Sequence record: OR413581.1
Length of the DNA: 64,000 nt
Strand: one strand, 5' to 3'
How positions within the stretch are numbered: position 1 is the stretch's first letter; each line of letters begins with the position of its first letter. The notes under the pieces are model-generated. The model did not search any database. It was not told the origin of the DNA and saw nothing but the letters and a program-made list of their open reading frames with translations. A program made the position numbers and the translations under genes. Of this stretch, positions 1-9,174 are shown in pieces.

Positions 1-117
1 TATAAAGAACACGGCGCAGGACATGATATTTATCGTGACTTGGCAATCCCCGACCACACAACAGCCTCGCTCGATATAACGTTTACTATCCCAGACGATC
101 CGCTCGAAACTAATTAA
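1..117 (+). CDS. 3' end of a hypothetical protein entering from upstream of the window
   Basis: Frame 1 open from base 1 (YKEHGAGHDIYRDLAIPDH...PLETN) to TAA at 115-117. Confidence 0.55.
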   Translation, partial: YKEHGAGHDIYRDLAIPDHTTASLDITFTIPDDPLETN

Positions 118-244
118 GTGTATACCAGCTATCCTTCGGGGTGGCTGGTACGCTTTATTTTATTTCAGATAGATGTTATCTCAGTGAACCTCTGAAATTT
201 ACGTTTCAATCAGAGCATATGTCATGTATTAAGGAGCACTTAAA

Positions 245-577
245 ATGTCTAAAGTCTATCACATTGCGGTATTGCGTCAGGCAACTGACCTTGAAGGCGA
301 CGGTGAACTTCGAATGCAGGAAGCCATTCTGAGCACTGTTAAAGAACTTAACCAAGCAAACAATTTCGATGCGCGCTTCGAAGCGCTGCCTGTAAGCCGT
401 GGTGCTTTCTACGGCAGTCAAATACTGGCAACCCAGTATGCGATGGCTTTAAGTGAATTGCGCAATAACCCTAGCCCAGAGACCGCAGCGAAGATGAACA
501 AGCTGTCGTTATGGATGAATAACCTGGATGTCCCCGCAGCATCCACTGTAAGTGGTTTGGGGGTGGTCAATGAGTAG
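245..577 (+). CDS. hypothetical phage protein, 110 aa
   Basis: ORF with AAGGAG RBS; co-oriented early cluster. Confidence 0.8.
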   Translation: MSKVYHIAVLRQATDLEGDGELRMQEAILSTVKELNQANNFDARFEALPVSRGAFYGSQILATQYAMALSELRNNPSPETAAKMNKLSLWMNNLDVPAASTVSGLGVVNE

Positions 578-905
578 AGTAATCGGTGTTGCCAGACCAA
601 TGCGTCTCAATAGGACACCAATGATAAATCGTGATATCGGTGAAGCTGTAAAACAGTTGTCGAATGTCGACGGTTACACCTTTAAAGTGATAACACTGTA
701 CGACTACCCAGAAGGCAAAGTTCCGCAAGAGGCGCTGGATAAATTCGTTAATGTATTAGACGATTGCCTTAAGAGTCCAACGGACGTAAACCTTATCAAA
801 CTAAACACCATGTCCCTTGAACTGTACCGGCTGCGTAAAATGGGCATTCATGCTCGCATCGGTAAAGGTGACCAAACGTTGGCCGAATACTGGGCTAAAC
901 AGTAA
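570..905 (+). CDS. hypothetical phage protein
   Basis: ATG at 570 overlaps the previous stop; ORF track frame 552-905. Confidence 0.75.
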   Translation: MSRVIGVARPMRLNRTPMINRDIGEAVKQLSNVDGYTFKVITLYDYPEGKVPQEALDKFVNVLDDCLKSPTDVNLIKLNTMSLELYRLRKMGIHARIGKGDQTLAEYWAKQ

Positions 906-932
906 GCTATTTTAAATCCTAAGGAGCATTAA

Positions 933-1451
933 GTGAATATTACCATGAACCTGTACACCAAACGGGAACGTAACGTTTTAGAATCTGGCGTTGCCCCAGA
1001 AGTATTGGCTGCGGGGGATATTAGCATCGACCCATTGAAAGTGAAAGTCGCGGAACTGTTCCCTCGTGATGAATGGGACATCTGGTATTTCCGTTGTTCG
1101 TCGGTATTGAATGCAATCAAACAACTGTCTGATTATCAGCCTGGCCCGTACATCGGCACCTGGCACTGGTACGTCCCGCGCACCCCAAACTTCCTCTACT
1201 TACACGATGACGATAAACGTACCCATATTCGCACTGTAGCGACGCCTGAGCGTTTGGAGCGTTATCTGGGGTTAATCCACGACCGTCCTCGTAACGAGCT
1301 GCAGAGCATCGTAGAAGTGCTCAGACAGGTACCTTTAGACGGTATCCTGGAACTGGACATGAAAATTGCTGATCGGCCTCGCCACTACTGGGAATTTTCC
1401 TGGGTAGATGCGAAATACGAAAACCATAACGTTATCTACCTGAAGCGTTGA
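933..1451 (+). CDS. hypothetical phage protein, 172 aa
   Basis: AAGGAG RBS, GTG start. Confidence 0.8.
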   Translation: MNITMNLYTKRERNVLESGVAPEVLAAGDISIDPLKVKVAELFPRDEWDIWYFRCSSVLNAIKQLSDYQPGPYIGTWHWYVPRTPNFLYLHDDDKRTHIRTVATPERLERYLGLIHDRPRNELQSIVEVLRQVPLDGILELDMKIADRPRHYWEFSWVDAKYENHNVIYLKR

Positions 1452-1461
1452 GGGAGACAGG

Positions 1462-1782
1462 ATGTTGAACTGGTTACTTGCGCTGATTAACAAGCGACAA
1501 AAACAACTGTACGAAGAAAACCGAGAATTAGCTGCCGCTAACCGTCGTGTACAAGCCGATAACTTGCAGTTAAGACACGACCTCGCGAAACTAGGTGTTA
1601 ACGCGAGTAGGCTTTGCACGCACATTAGCCGGTGCCACGATATCATCGAACGTATTGGACACTACCATCTTACGTCTCCTGCGCGTCGCGTCTATGACGC
1701 GGCCGTCCAGGGATTAAAAGATACCAGGAATGCGTACGACGAGATGTTAGAAGAGTTTAGCAAACGTGAGGATAAATACTAA
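1462..1782 (+). CDS. hypothetical coiled-coil protein
   Basis: GGGAG RBS; heptad-like LYEENRELAAANRRVQADNLQLRHDL. Confidence 0.75.
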   Translation: MLNWLLALINKRQKQLYEENRELAAANRRVQADNLQLRHDLAKLGVNASRLCTHISRCHDIIERIGHYHLTSPARRVYDAAVQGLKDTRNAYDEMLEEFSKREDKY

Positions 1783-2165
1783 TGGAAATGCCAACGAACA
1801 CCGACTTAGCACTGGCAATCGAACACATGAAAAACCATCAGTTGACGTTACTGAATGCAGGCACAGAAGGGCAACGTCAAGGGTATGCGCTCGTTGCAAA
1901 AGCAGCGTTAGAACTTAACAAGATTCTACTCGCTAAACTTTACGGGCTGGAAAACAGCGTGCTCCATGCGTCGCACCTGGGCGAAGCCAGCGAGTTAGTT
2001 ACGAATGTGCGGCTGTATGCAAGTCGTGAAATGGAACGTTTAACCAACGAATGGAATGTCCAGTGTAACGGCGAGCGTGCTGCTACCGATCCGCGTAAAG
2101 TCGCGCTGACGCCGGGCGTGTACATCAAAGACGGCACCATCGACGAATACAGCGGATTTAACTGA
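1782..2165 (+). CDS. hypothetical phage protein
   Basis: Start overlaps previous stop (TAATG); GAGG RBS. Confidence 0.75.
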   Translation: MEMPTNTDLALAIEHMKNHQLTLLNAGTEGQRQGYALVAKAALELNKILLAKLYGLENSVLHASHLGEASELVTNVRLYASREMERLTNEWNVQCNGERAATDPRKVALTPGVYIKDGTIDEYSGFN

Positions 2166-2188
2166 TCGACGGATAAGGGTGATTGAGA

Positions 2189-2614
2189 ATGGTAACCATA
2201 GACGTGGCTATCTCTATCGAGCTTCAACGCATCGGTGTAGGTACACTAAAACTTCGTTATCGTGATTTACCGCATTACAACAAGATGTTTGATGTTGGGG
2301 TGATAAAGTTTTATAACCGATACGGGCCAAGAGAACTATGTCTATGGTTTGTCGAGTTAGCGATAACTTATGGCGAGTTTTATCATCCTAATGTACCGCA
2401 TGTCGAACATGTGTCAAGAGGGCACCTGGAAACTTCCAGAGAGTTCTATCAGCGATTGTATGGCGCGATGGAGGAGTCCGCACCCATCGACTACGACGTA
2501 CCACCTGAACTGTTATTAATCGACCATGAAGGAGAAGCCGGTGTCTATTTCATTACGGGGATTGACTATTCACGAGATTCAGAAATATTTACTCGAAGGC
2601 GGGAAACTGACTGA
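2189..2614 (+). CDS. hypothetical phage protein
   Basis: ORF 2183-2614; ATG at 2189 preferred over TTG at 2183. Confidence 0.7.
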   Translation: MVTIDVAISIELQRIGVGTLKLRYRDLPHYNKMFDVGVIKFYNRYGPRELCLWFVELAITYGEFYHPNVPHVEHVSRGHLETSREFYQRLYGAMEESAPIDYDVPPELLLIDHEGEAGVYFITGIDYSRDSEIFTRRRETD

Positions 2615-2846
2615 CGATTATCAAACCGCGGATATGTTGTTGCAGTCATTTGTACCGCTACGCGCTGAGTATTACGAAATCGCATTCCTGGGCGATGAAT
2701 ATTGTGTCCGTACGCAAGGGCGTGAATACGAAGCAGTTCGCGTACCGCGCACACTCGGCGGGGTGATGATACTTATCGCTAATATCGAAGCACTCAATGC
2801 GAAATGTGCGTTATACATCGCACAGGGAGGTCGCAATGGATTTTAA
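2526..2846 (+). CDS. hypothetical phage protein
   Basis: 106-aa ORF overlapping the previous gene by 89 nt; start uncertain. Confidence 0.6.
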   Translation: MKEKPVSISLRGLTIHEIQKYLLEGGKLTDDYQTADMLLQSFVPLRAEYYEIAFLGDEYCVRTQGREYEAVRVPRTLGGVMILIANIEALNAKCALYIAQGGRNGF

Positions 2847-2994
2847 GTGGGAACCATTATCGTTAGCAGAAGTTCGTAACAGAATCGATAGAGCTATTGC
2901 AAGGAGAAAACATGTTCGGCCTGTTTCAGGAGAAAAAACAATTGCGTCGCCAATTAGAAATACTGGAATTGGAACTCAGCCTCTCAAAGACTGA
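2836..2994 (+). CDS. small hypothetical protein (MDFKWEPLSL...)
   Basis: Strong GGGAGG RBS before ATG 2836; overlaps next gene by 83 nt. Confidence 0.5.
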   Translation: MDFKWEPLSLAEVRNRIDRAIARRKHVRPVSGEKTIASPIRNTGIGTQPLKD

Positions 2995-3313
2995 GTTGGA
3001 AATTTCGAAAGAAGCGTGGAAGAGAAATCTCGATGAATCTTTCGAAGAACGCCGTAAGCTTACACGATTACTTTCTGAGGAACAGTCTAAGAACCGGAAA
3101 CTCGAAGACGAGCTACGAGATGCCCGACGAGATGCGGATCTGCGTGATAAGATGTTGGGATGGAACCTGGGTGCCCTAATCTATTTCATAGAGCAGCGTT
3201 GGGAACCAAAGACACTCCTTGAGTTACTCTATGAAAAACTCTCCTGCGTAGGTAAACGTTCTGCGGCCATCGAGTATTTTCGTAGTCACGGTTTCGAGGT
3301 AAAAGATGAGTAA
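2912..3313 (+). CDS. hypothetical coiled-coil protein
   Basis: AAGGAG RBS before ATG 2912; heptad-rich N-half. Confidence 0.75.
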   Translation: MFGLFQEKKQLRRQLEILELELSLSKTELEISKEAWKRNLDESFEERRKLTRLLSEEQSKNRKLEDELRDARRDADLRDKMLGWNLGALIYFIEQRWEPKTLLELLYEKLSCVGKRSAAIEYFRSHGFEVKDE

Positions 3314-3356
3314 AAATAACAGTTTGTTTTCCCTTTAACCATGGAAACCACAAGCA

Positions 3357-3689
3357 ATGAAAACGAAACGAACGTCAGTCGTGTTCCAGCAGGGACGTGC
3401 GCGACTCTATAAAGGTAAGAAACTCATTGGTACATTCGAGTATCAAGAGAACCAGCTAATCGTCGATGTTATCATTCTCGGTTTAGCAGCGAAGTGGTCA
3501 CCTTTAAAAAGGACATTAGCCAAACGTGCGATGGAGAAGCTCCGCCGCGACCAGATAAAAGCATTTAACAAACCTTTTCCACTTGAGGCGTACCGAGTAC
3601 AGCCTCGTTGCGCACACATCACGACGTCACCCATGATTGCTAAGCTCGATGTGACCGATCTGAGAGAAATGTTAACTGTACGGCCGTAG
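3357..3689 (+). CDS. hypothetical basic protein
   Basis: 110-aa ORF in co-oriented cluster. Confidence 0.7.
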   Translation: MKTKRTSVVFQQGRARLYKGKKLIGTFEYQENQLIVDVIILGLAAKWSPLKRTLAKRAMEKLRRDQIKAFNKPFPLEAYRVQPRCAHITTSPMIAKLDVTDLREMLTVRP

Positions 3690-3716
3690 TGTCATAGCCC
3701 CTTAAGGAGTATTTAA

Positions 3717-4157
3717 ATGTTAAAGCCACGCAAACAGAAAAGATTACAGTTTGTCAAAATAGTACATCCGGAGTCCCGTCGTGTTACAGGTGGACGTCTC
3801 TACGTGGGTAAACACCGTAGTCGTCTTATCAGCTGGTCGGCAATGGCCAACGTAGCCACCCAACTCCAGGCAATGGTTGAAGACCGTTGTCAGTTAAAAG
3901 GGGACTTCTTTCAAGAGAAGAAACCCTACCGTGATATCTTCCGTACACTGAAAGCGTGCTGGGTACTCAGTTGGGTGCCTGGCCGCGAACAACTTTATTT
4001 TCTGCGTAAGTTCCCACGCCCTATGCCGAAAGAAAACATTAGCGTTTTCTTAGACAAACTAAAACGTTTTAATGGCATCGGCATTAACGCTAATAAAGAG
4101 CAAGTTTCTGCTACAGTAGCAGCCCGGAAACTCTTACGCGATTACGTGGCCGATTGA
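3717..4157 (+). CDS. hypothetical basic protein
   Basis: AAGGAG RBS; 146 aa. Confidence 0.75.
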   Translation: MLKPRKQKRLQFVKIVHPESRRVTGGRLYVGKHRSRLISWSAMANVATQLQAMVEDRCQLKGDFFQEKKPYRDIFRTLKACWVLSWVPGREQLYFLRKFPRPMPKENISVFLDKLKRFNGIGINANKEQVSATVAARKLLRDYVAD

Positions 4158-4198
4158 CTTGAGAGGCACTTATCCCAAAAGCGGTCAATAAAGCAGCA

Positions 4199-4232
4199 CC
4201 CTACTCCCGAAGGAGTAGGGTTTCTTCTTTTT
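4199..4232 (+). terminator. rho-independent terminator
   Basis: CCCTACTCC-CGAA-GGAGTAGGG followed by T tract. Confidence 0.85.
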
Positions 4233-4253
4233 TGTCTAGTCCGATTACAATTA

Positions 4254-4303
4254 TTTTCAGATATATATTACTTAGGTGAGAGTTAACCATTAACTCTTAT
4301 CTA
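4254..4303 (+). promoter_or_regulatory. putative early (virion RNAP) promoter plus 5' hairpin
   Basis: TTTTCAGATATATATTACTTAGGTGAG contains TATATTAC (phiKZ early core); near-identical copy at 52591; 14-bp hairpin 4273-4303. Confidence 0.7.
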
Positions 4304-4331
4304 ATCGACCATTATCTTAAGGAGTTTTAAC

Positions 4332-4778
4332 ATGTACATTCTGAATAACGAACTTACTAAGTACGCTAGCAAAAACCCGATTATGATTTCTTTCCTAATC
4401 GTGATGGCGGCCAACAAACAAGACCCTAGCGAATTCACTACTGAGGTCTTCGAAGAGATTATCGCTAACGCCAAAGAAGCCACGTTCCAGACCACAGAAC
4501 CTACCCGCGGCGAGTTCCCCCTAGGTGAAGCCGGCGATGTAATGTTTAACGATATGGTTGCTTCGTACTACATCAATAGACGTGGCATGGAAATCGAATA
4601 CGATGAACTTCCTACTAGCAGCTTTGCTGAAATGATTCGTGATTATCGTCGTCAAGTTGTCTCTGACGATATCGTAAAGAAATACATGGCACAAATCAGC
4701 CCATTCAGTCTTGAATTCGAAAACCGCGCGGTTGCCTTAGCAACACATCGCCTGCGTTTAGAAAAAGAAGTACACTAA
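4332..4778 (+). CDS. hypothetical phage protein, 148 aa
   Basis: AAGGAG RBS; first gene after the early promoter motif. Confidence 0.85.
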   Translation: MYILNNELTKYASKNPIMISFLIVMAANKQDPSEFTTEVFEEIIANAKEATFQTTEPTRGEFPLGEAGDVMFNDMVASYYINRRGMEIEYDELPTSSFAEMIRDYRRQVVSDDIVKKYMAQISPFSLEFENRAVALATHRLRLEKEVH

Positions 4779-4839
4779 TAATAACCCGGCGGGCAAAGTC
4801 CCGCCAATCAACCTGCAATCTACAAAAAAGGAATATCCC

Positions 4840-5058
4840 ATGCGCAACCTCTTCTCCAAATCTGAAATCAAACCTGTTGTTGAAACCACCGCCAAACGTA
4901 AGCCTGACATGATTGACCTGCTGCTGAAAATGTCTGCAGCAGAAGCCAAAGCTTTCATGAAAACAATGAAAGACGGCGATAAAATGATTGACAATGTTGA
5001 AGTAACCTACGGTGTTAAAGACCGCCCAAAGAATAACGGCCTTGTGTGGGTCTGTTAA
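4840..5058 (+). CDS. small hypothetical protein
   Basis: AAGGA RBS; 72 aa. Confidence 0.75.
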   Translation: MRNLFSKSEIKPVVETTAKRKPDMIDLLLKMSAAEAKAFMKTMKDGDKMIDNVEVTYGVKDRPKNNGLVWVC

Positions 5059-5079
5059 TCGACGATTGAGGATAAAGTC

Positions 5080-5511
5080 GTGAACGTAATCAAAAAGCTG
5101 AACGGCGATACTTTCCATGCTCTGATGCCGAAGGGTGCACGTATTCGGATAAACAACAAAAACAAACCCTATAAGACGGACTACACGTTCGACACCACTG
5201 ACCACGCATTCGGTATCTGCGACGAAGGGACGAACGATGTCAAATGGATTATCGTGGTATACGAAACGTCTAGTGGGTATAAGTTCTGGGATGCCTATGA
5301 ACTGCAGAAGGGCTATTGGTGGTATGTCAGTTGGGAAGCTTTCAATGACAAGGTATCTTATTCGTGGAACGACTTCCCGCACTTTTGCTGGGATAGTTGG
5401 TTTCATGATTGCGGGGATAAGATTTCTGATCTTGTCCAGGAGCTCTACAAACACTACAAAGAACACAATGGAAACTTCGTCTATCCTGAATGGGAACTGC
5501 CGAAGTCGTGA
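5080..5511 (+). CDS. hypothetical Trp/Tyr-rich protein
   Basis: GAGG RBS, GTG start; followed by terminator. Confidence 0.75.
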   Translation: MNVIKKLNGDTFHALMPKGARIRINNKNKPYKTDYTFDTTDHAFGICDEGTNDVKWIIVVYETSSGYKFWDAYELQKGYWWYVSWEAFNDKVSYSWNDFPHFCWDSWFHDCGDKISDLVQELYKHYKEHNGNFVYPEWELPKS

Positions 5512-5517
5512 AGAAAA

Positions 5518-5545
5518 GGGAGCTTCGGCTCCCCTTCTTTTTTGT
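5518..5545 (+). terminator. rho-independent terminator
   Basis: GGGAGC-TTCG-GCTCCC plus long T tract. Confidence 0.85.
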
Positions 5546-5600
5546 TTCCTTTTCTTTTTTTTGTTTGCTCTTGTTCGGATTCTGGTACGCACTACGCTTT

Positions 5601-5607
5601 TAATATG
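5601..5607 (+). promoter_or_regulatory. putative late promoter (TANTATG)
   Basis: TAATATG upstream of the structural array; TANTATG recurs before each structural transcription unit; TATG is the phiKZ late core. Confidence 0.4.
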
Positions 5608-5665
5608 CTGGCAGGGGGTCTAAAAATCTTACGACCTCAATAATCCCTTAACTCGAGTTAACGCG

Positions 5666-6463
5666 ATGTCTTTTACTTCAAAACAGAATCTGCTAAAACT
5701 CATCAACGAAGAGAATAAGATAAGCCCACCGCTTACCTTTGACGATGTTGATATCGGACTGCCGGAGGTTGTGTCAGTAGACGGTCGTGATTCGGAGGTA
5801 GTCCTTACCTCAAAAATGCGCGGTGATGAAGGTACGCAAGTGATTGTGGACTACCATCGTCGTCCATTAGAGGACTACCTTAAAGGCGATGTTGCCTTTG
5901 GAGACGAGGACGTGCAAACCACGCACGACTTACTCGCGGCGATTAACGAGCGTTTTAATCTGTCTATCTTACCTGAGGATATCGAAGATAACCCCATTGA
6001 TGGACAGACGCACACAGTCGTTGCTGTTGAAACTTCCCACGAGTGGCGAAGTCAAGCGGTCATCGAGCTGAAACCTGCTACACCTCTGGCAGAAGTAGTA
6101 ACCAATACAGAGTTGAGCGGTCTTCTGTACCCGGATCACCAGGACATCCAGTTGGGTCAGGCGTATATCTATTCGCGTGACATCGATTGTAGCCACATCT
6201 CTCGTTTCCTGAGCCTCTTAGCGGTCGGTATCGAGGTAGATGACACGGCGTTGGCAATCGAACTCAACAAATGTGTTCCTGAGATTTGGGTAGCTGAAGA
6301 TACCCCATCCCCGTATAACCTGCGTGGTGCCACTGTCGTATTCGACGGCGTACCTGCAGACTTGCCGGGAGCAAATACGGCGTTCGCGAAAGTCGTGTCG
6401 GTGCAACTGACCGATAAATGTACGAACTTCCAGGGCAGCCTCAACCTACACTTTAACAACTAG
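5666..6463 (+). CDS. virion structural protein, paralogue family A
   Basis: Shares N-domain (..DSEVVL..YHR), linker VVTNTELSGLLYP and C-domain (PYNLRGA..NTA..C.NFQG.L.LHFN) with downstream genes. Confidence 0.8.
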   Translation: MSFTSKQNLLKLINEENKISPPLTFDDVDIGLPEVVSVDGRDSEVVLTSKMRGDEGTQVIVDYHRRPLEDYLKGDVAFGDEDVQTTHDLLAAINERFNLSILPEDIEDNPIDGQTHTVVAVETSHEWRSQAVIELKPATPLAEVVTNTELSGLLYPDHQDIQLGQAYIYSRDIDCSHISRFLSLLAVGIEVDDTALAIELNKCVPEIWVAEDTPSPYNLRGATVVFDGVPADLPGANTAFAKVVSVQLTDKCTNFQGSLNLHFNN

Positions 6464-6473
6464 GAGGGTATAG

Positions 6474-7316
6474 GTGTCTATTTACGATAAGCCCTCGAAA
6501 GAGATGTTGTTAGATGCTATTAACCGACAGAACGGATTAACGGCCAATCCACTCACATGGGAGCAGGTTGCAACTGGCTTCCCTGAGTCTGTCCAAACGC
6601 CTGGCGCTGACCGGAATACGCGTGTGCTCTTATACGGGTTGAACGGCAAGGGCTACAAAGGCAACGTTACGCTCGAATACGACCGTATCGAAATGGAAAT
6701 TCTGTTCAGGAACGTAATACCGGTAGTCGTTGCCGACCCGGTAAATAAACTCTCTGAGTTGTTGCCGTTTCTGAATGCGAAATACGGCTTGTCTTTAGTT
6801 GCCGACGATATCGTTGACCAGTCAGTAAAAGATTTGGGAGAAAGCTGGTTAATCGATGTGACTATTAAGCCTGGTTGCTTGGCCTGGCAAGGTGGTTTCC
6901 GTTTACGCTTTGCGAAGTTCTTCCCGAACTTGGCGGACGTGGTGACGGATGTTGACCTCAGCGCAATTATCGCGCCGTTCGTGGTTGCTAGTAAACCACA
7001 GGCTGAGTATGTGGCGTATGGTTACGATTGGACTGAACTGCAAAAACAGTTCACTACCGATTGGGCTTACAACCGCGCAATCACCGCGGCGGATGTTGAA
7101 TTGCTTAACGAAGTGGTGCCATTAAAGTTTGCATATGTGACGGGGGCGACTGCGCAACCTGAACAAATTGCGCTTCAAGGTGCACGATATATGGGGATAA
7201 CTTCAGTCACACCGAACGATAGTTACAACCCCGATTATCAGCGTGTGGCGATTATCAAGCTAGCTGCGGACAGCAACTACGCCGGTAATCTCATCCTTCA
7301 CTATCTCCCGATATAA
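6474..7316 (+). CDS. virion structural protein, paralogue family A
   Basis: DRNTRVLLYGLNGKGYKGNVTLEYDR motif; ends GNLILHY. Confidence 0.8.
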   Translation: MSIYDKPSKEMLLDAINRQNGLTANPLTWEQVATGFPESVQTPGADRNTRVLLYGLNGKGYKGNVTLEYDRIEMEILFRNVIPVVVADPVNKLSELLPFLNAKYGLSLVADDIVDQSVKDLGESWLIDVTIKPGCLAWQGGFRLRFAKFFPNLADVVTDVDLSAIIAPFVVASKPQAEYVAYGYDWTELQKQFTTDWAYNRAITAADVELLNEVVPLKFAYVTGATAQPEQIALQGARYMGITSVTPNDSYNPDYQRVAIIKLAADSNYAGNLILHYLPI

Positions 7317-7326
7317 GGATTTTGAC

Positions 7327-8172
7327 ATGCCACTTTTAGCCACTGCTGAAAAGATTATTATCGCGGAGGTTAACGTCGAAAACAATCTCGATTTAAAAGT
7401 CGAAGATGTGGTTTTCGGTGTCCCTGCGATTCCGACGTCTGACGAAGACCTGGCAAAAGCCAATGGTCATAACGCGATGGTGCGCATTCAGGCATTGGCC
7501 ACCGCTAATGCTATCGGTGCCACTACCGTGTATTACGATCGTGTTGACTTCGCAGACATGTTTACCGACCCAGACGGGATTCAACCTCTACGTGTTCCTG
7601 CACGTCTCGACGCTGTTTACCAGATGCATGACGTGGTCGGGTTAATTAACCAGTATTACGGTCTCAGCCTTAAACCCGCAGATGTGGTGAATACCGAAAT
7701 CGACAGGAAGACATGGCGTGTGGATCTGATTGCCACGCCCACTTCTTTAGGTTGGATAGGGCAACAACAGGTACAGCTATTACCAGGCGATGCGTTGCTT
7801 CCTGCAAACTTCGAACCGTTAACAGTGACACCTTACGAGTATCCGTATTTCAACATCAAGGTCGGTCAAGGTGCGGTTTATTCGTATCCCTGGCGCTTTG
7901 ATAATTTCGCGGAGGAATTTCAACGACTAGGTGCTGCGATAACCGCAGAACGTCTGGCACAGATTCTCAAAACGGTCACCGGTGATAACTGGACAACGTA
8001 CCGTAACCCAATCGACTTTAACCTTCGTGAAGCCGTCGTCGTCTATAACGGGCGTAACAAAGCGGAATTACCAACCAACCCAGCAGTCGACAACGTGCTG
8101 ATTGTGGAGCTGTCGTTGTACTGTCTGAATTTTGGCGGGCGTTTGTATTTGCACTACAACGACCCTGATTAA
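7327..8172 (+). CDS. virion structural protein, paralogue family A
   Basis: TTVYYDR and DFNLREA..CLNFGGRLYLHYN motifs. Confidence 0.8.
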   Translation: MPLLATAEKIIIAEVNVENNLDLKVEDVVFGVPAIPTSDEDLAKANGHNAMVRIQALATANAIGATTVYYDRVDFADMFTDPDGIQPLRVPARLDAVYQMHDVVGLINQYYGLSLKPADVVNTEIDRKTWRVDLIATPTSLGWIGQQQVQLLPGDALLPANFEPLTVTPYEYPYFNIKVGQGAVYSYPWRFDNFAEEFQRLGAAITAERLAQILKTVTGDNWTTYRNPIDFNLREAVVVYNGRNKAELPTNPAVDNVLIVELSLYCLNFGGRLYLHYNDPD

Positions 8173-8193
8173 TCCTGAGTAAAGGAAGTAAGA

Positions 8194-9105
8194 ATGAAAC
8201 CTTTAAACAAAACGTCCGATCAGCTGGTTCTGGATTTTATTAATGAGAAAAACCCAGACGCAGAACTGGAACTTTCTAAAATAACGCTCGGCACACCGAC
8301 CCCTATTGTCGATGGAGGTGCCGATCGCAATACCAGCATGACCCTGACTGCGAAAAAGAACTCCGGGTACATCGGTACTCAGGACGTGACTTATAATCGC
8401 CTGGAAGGCGGTGCGCTGTTCCGTAACGTAACAGCATACCTCGACGTTAAACTGCCGAAAACCACCACAGACCTGCTGACGACCCTGAACACCCAATACG
8501 GATTGAAGCTGACCGAAGACGATATCGTTCCGGCGGCTATTCCGGAAAATACCAACCCGCCGCTGACTAACCCGAACGATCCGGACCCAGCACCGGTTGA
8601 CCATGTCATTACCTTCAAAGAAGACTGCTACGCTTATCTGGGCAGCATCCCGGTTAAAATCGGTGCTAAGCCTCAGGTTGGTGAGCGTCTGAGTCTGGTG
8701 GTAACACAAACCAAGCTCGACGGCCTGGTTTACCCAGATGGTCCAAGCGAAGCGAAGGGTCAGGGCTACATCTACTCTTACGGTGTAGACTGCACAGCAA
8801 TCGCAGCATTCCTGAAAGTACAGGCGAAAGGTGTTATCGCTGGCGACTCTGCATTCCCGGTTGAGCTGAATAAAGTTGTGCCGGAACTGTGGGTTGCATC
8901 TGATGAGCCTGCGGATTATAACCTGAAAGGTGCTAACGTGTTGTACGTTGGTTCTACTACTGATGATGGTACTGCTTCAGGCGACGATCCTAAGAAACCG
9001 GTTGAAGGTGCAAACACTGCTTACAACCAGGTTCTGCTGCTGCAGCTGGATGAGACTCTGTGCACCAACTTCCAGGGCGTCATGTACCTGCACTTTAATG
9101 CCTAA
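8194..9105 (+). CDS. virion structural protein, paralogue family A (Pro-rich insert)
   Basis: DRNTSMTL..GYIG..TYNR; DYNLKGA; CTNFQG.MYLHFN; insert PENTNPPLTNPNDPDPAP. Confidence 0.8.
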   Translation: MKPLNKTSDQLVLDFINEKNPDAELELSKITLGTPTPIVDGGADRNTSMTLTAKKNSGYIGTQDVTYNRLEGGALFRNVTAYLDVKLPKTTTDLLTTLNTQYGLKLTEDDIVPAAIPENTNPPLTNPNDPDPAPVDHVITFKEDCYAYLGSIPVKIGAKPQVGERLSLVVTQTKLDGLVYPDGPSEAKGQGYIYSYGVDCTAIAAFLKVQAKGVIAGDSAFPVELNKVVPELWVASDEPADYNLKGANVLYVGSTTDDGTASGDDPKKPVEGANTAYNQVLLLQLDETLCTNFQGVMYLHFNA

Positions 9106-9116
9106 TTAGGCCTCGC

Positions 9117-9158
9117 TGGGAGGAGGAAATCCTCCTCCTGGCTACTCCTTTCTTTTTT
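9117..9158 (+). terminator. intra-array terminator-like hairpin
   Basis: GGGAGGAGG-AAAT-CCTCCTCCT then T-rich run. Confidence 0.6.
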
Positions 9159-9174
9159 GGCCGAGGAGGCTATT

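Noticed and set aside
2933-2939. A_AAA_AAC slippery heptamer in the 2836/2912 overlap
   Set aside because: It is in the third frame, used by neither ORF, so a -1 shift would not join them
4705-5592. 295-aa - strand ORF and the many similar antisense ORFs in the track (e.g. 8203-8709, 16227-16784, 33140-33811, 56579-57049)
   Set aside because: Shadows of RBS-supported genes on the opposite strand; they cross terminators and lack RBS or protein-like composition
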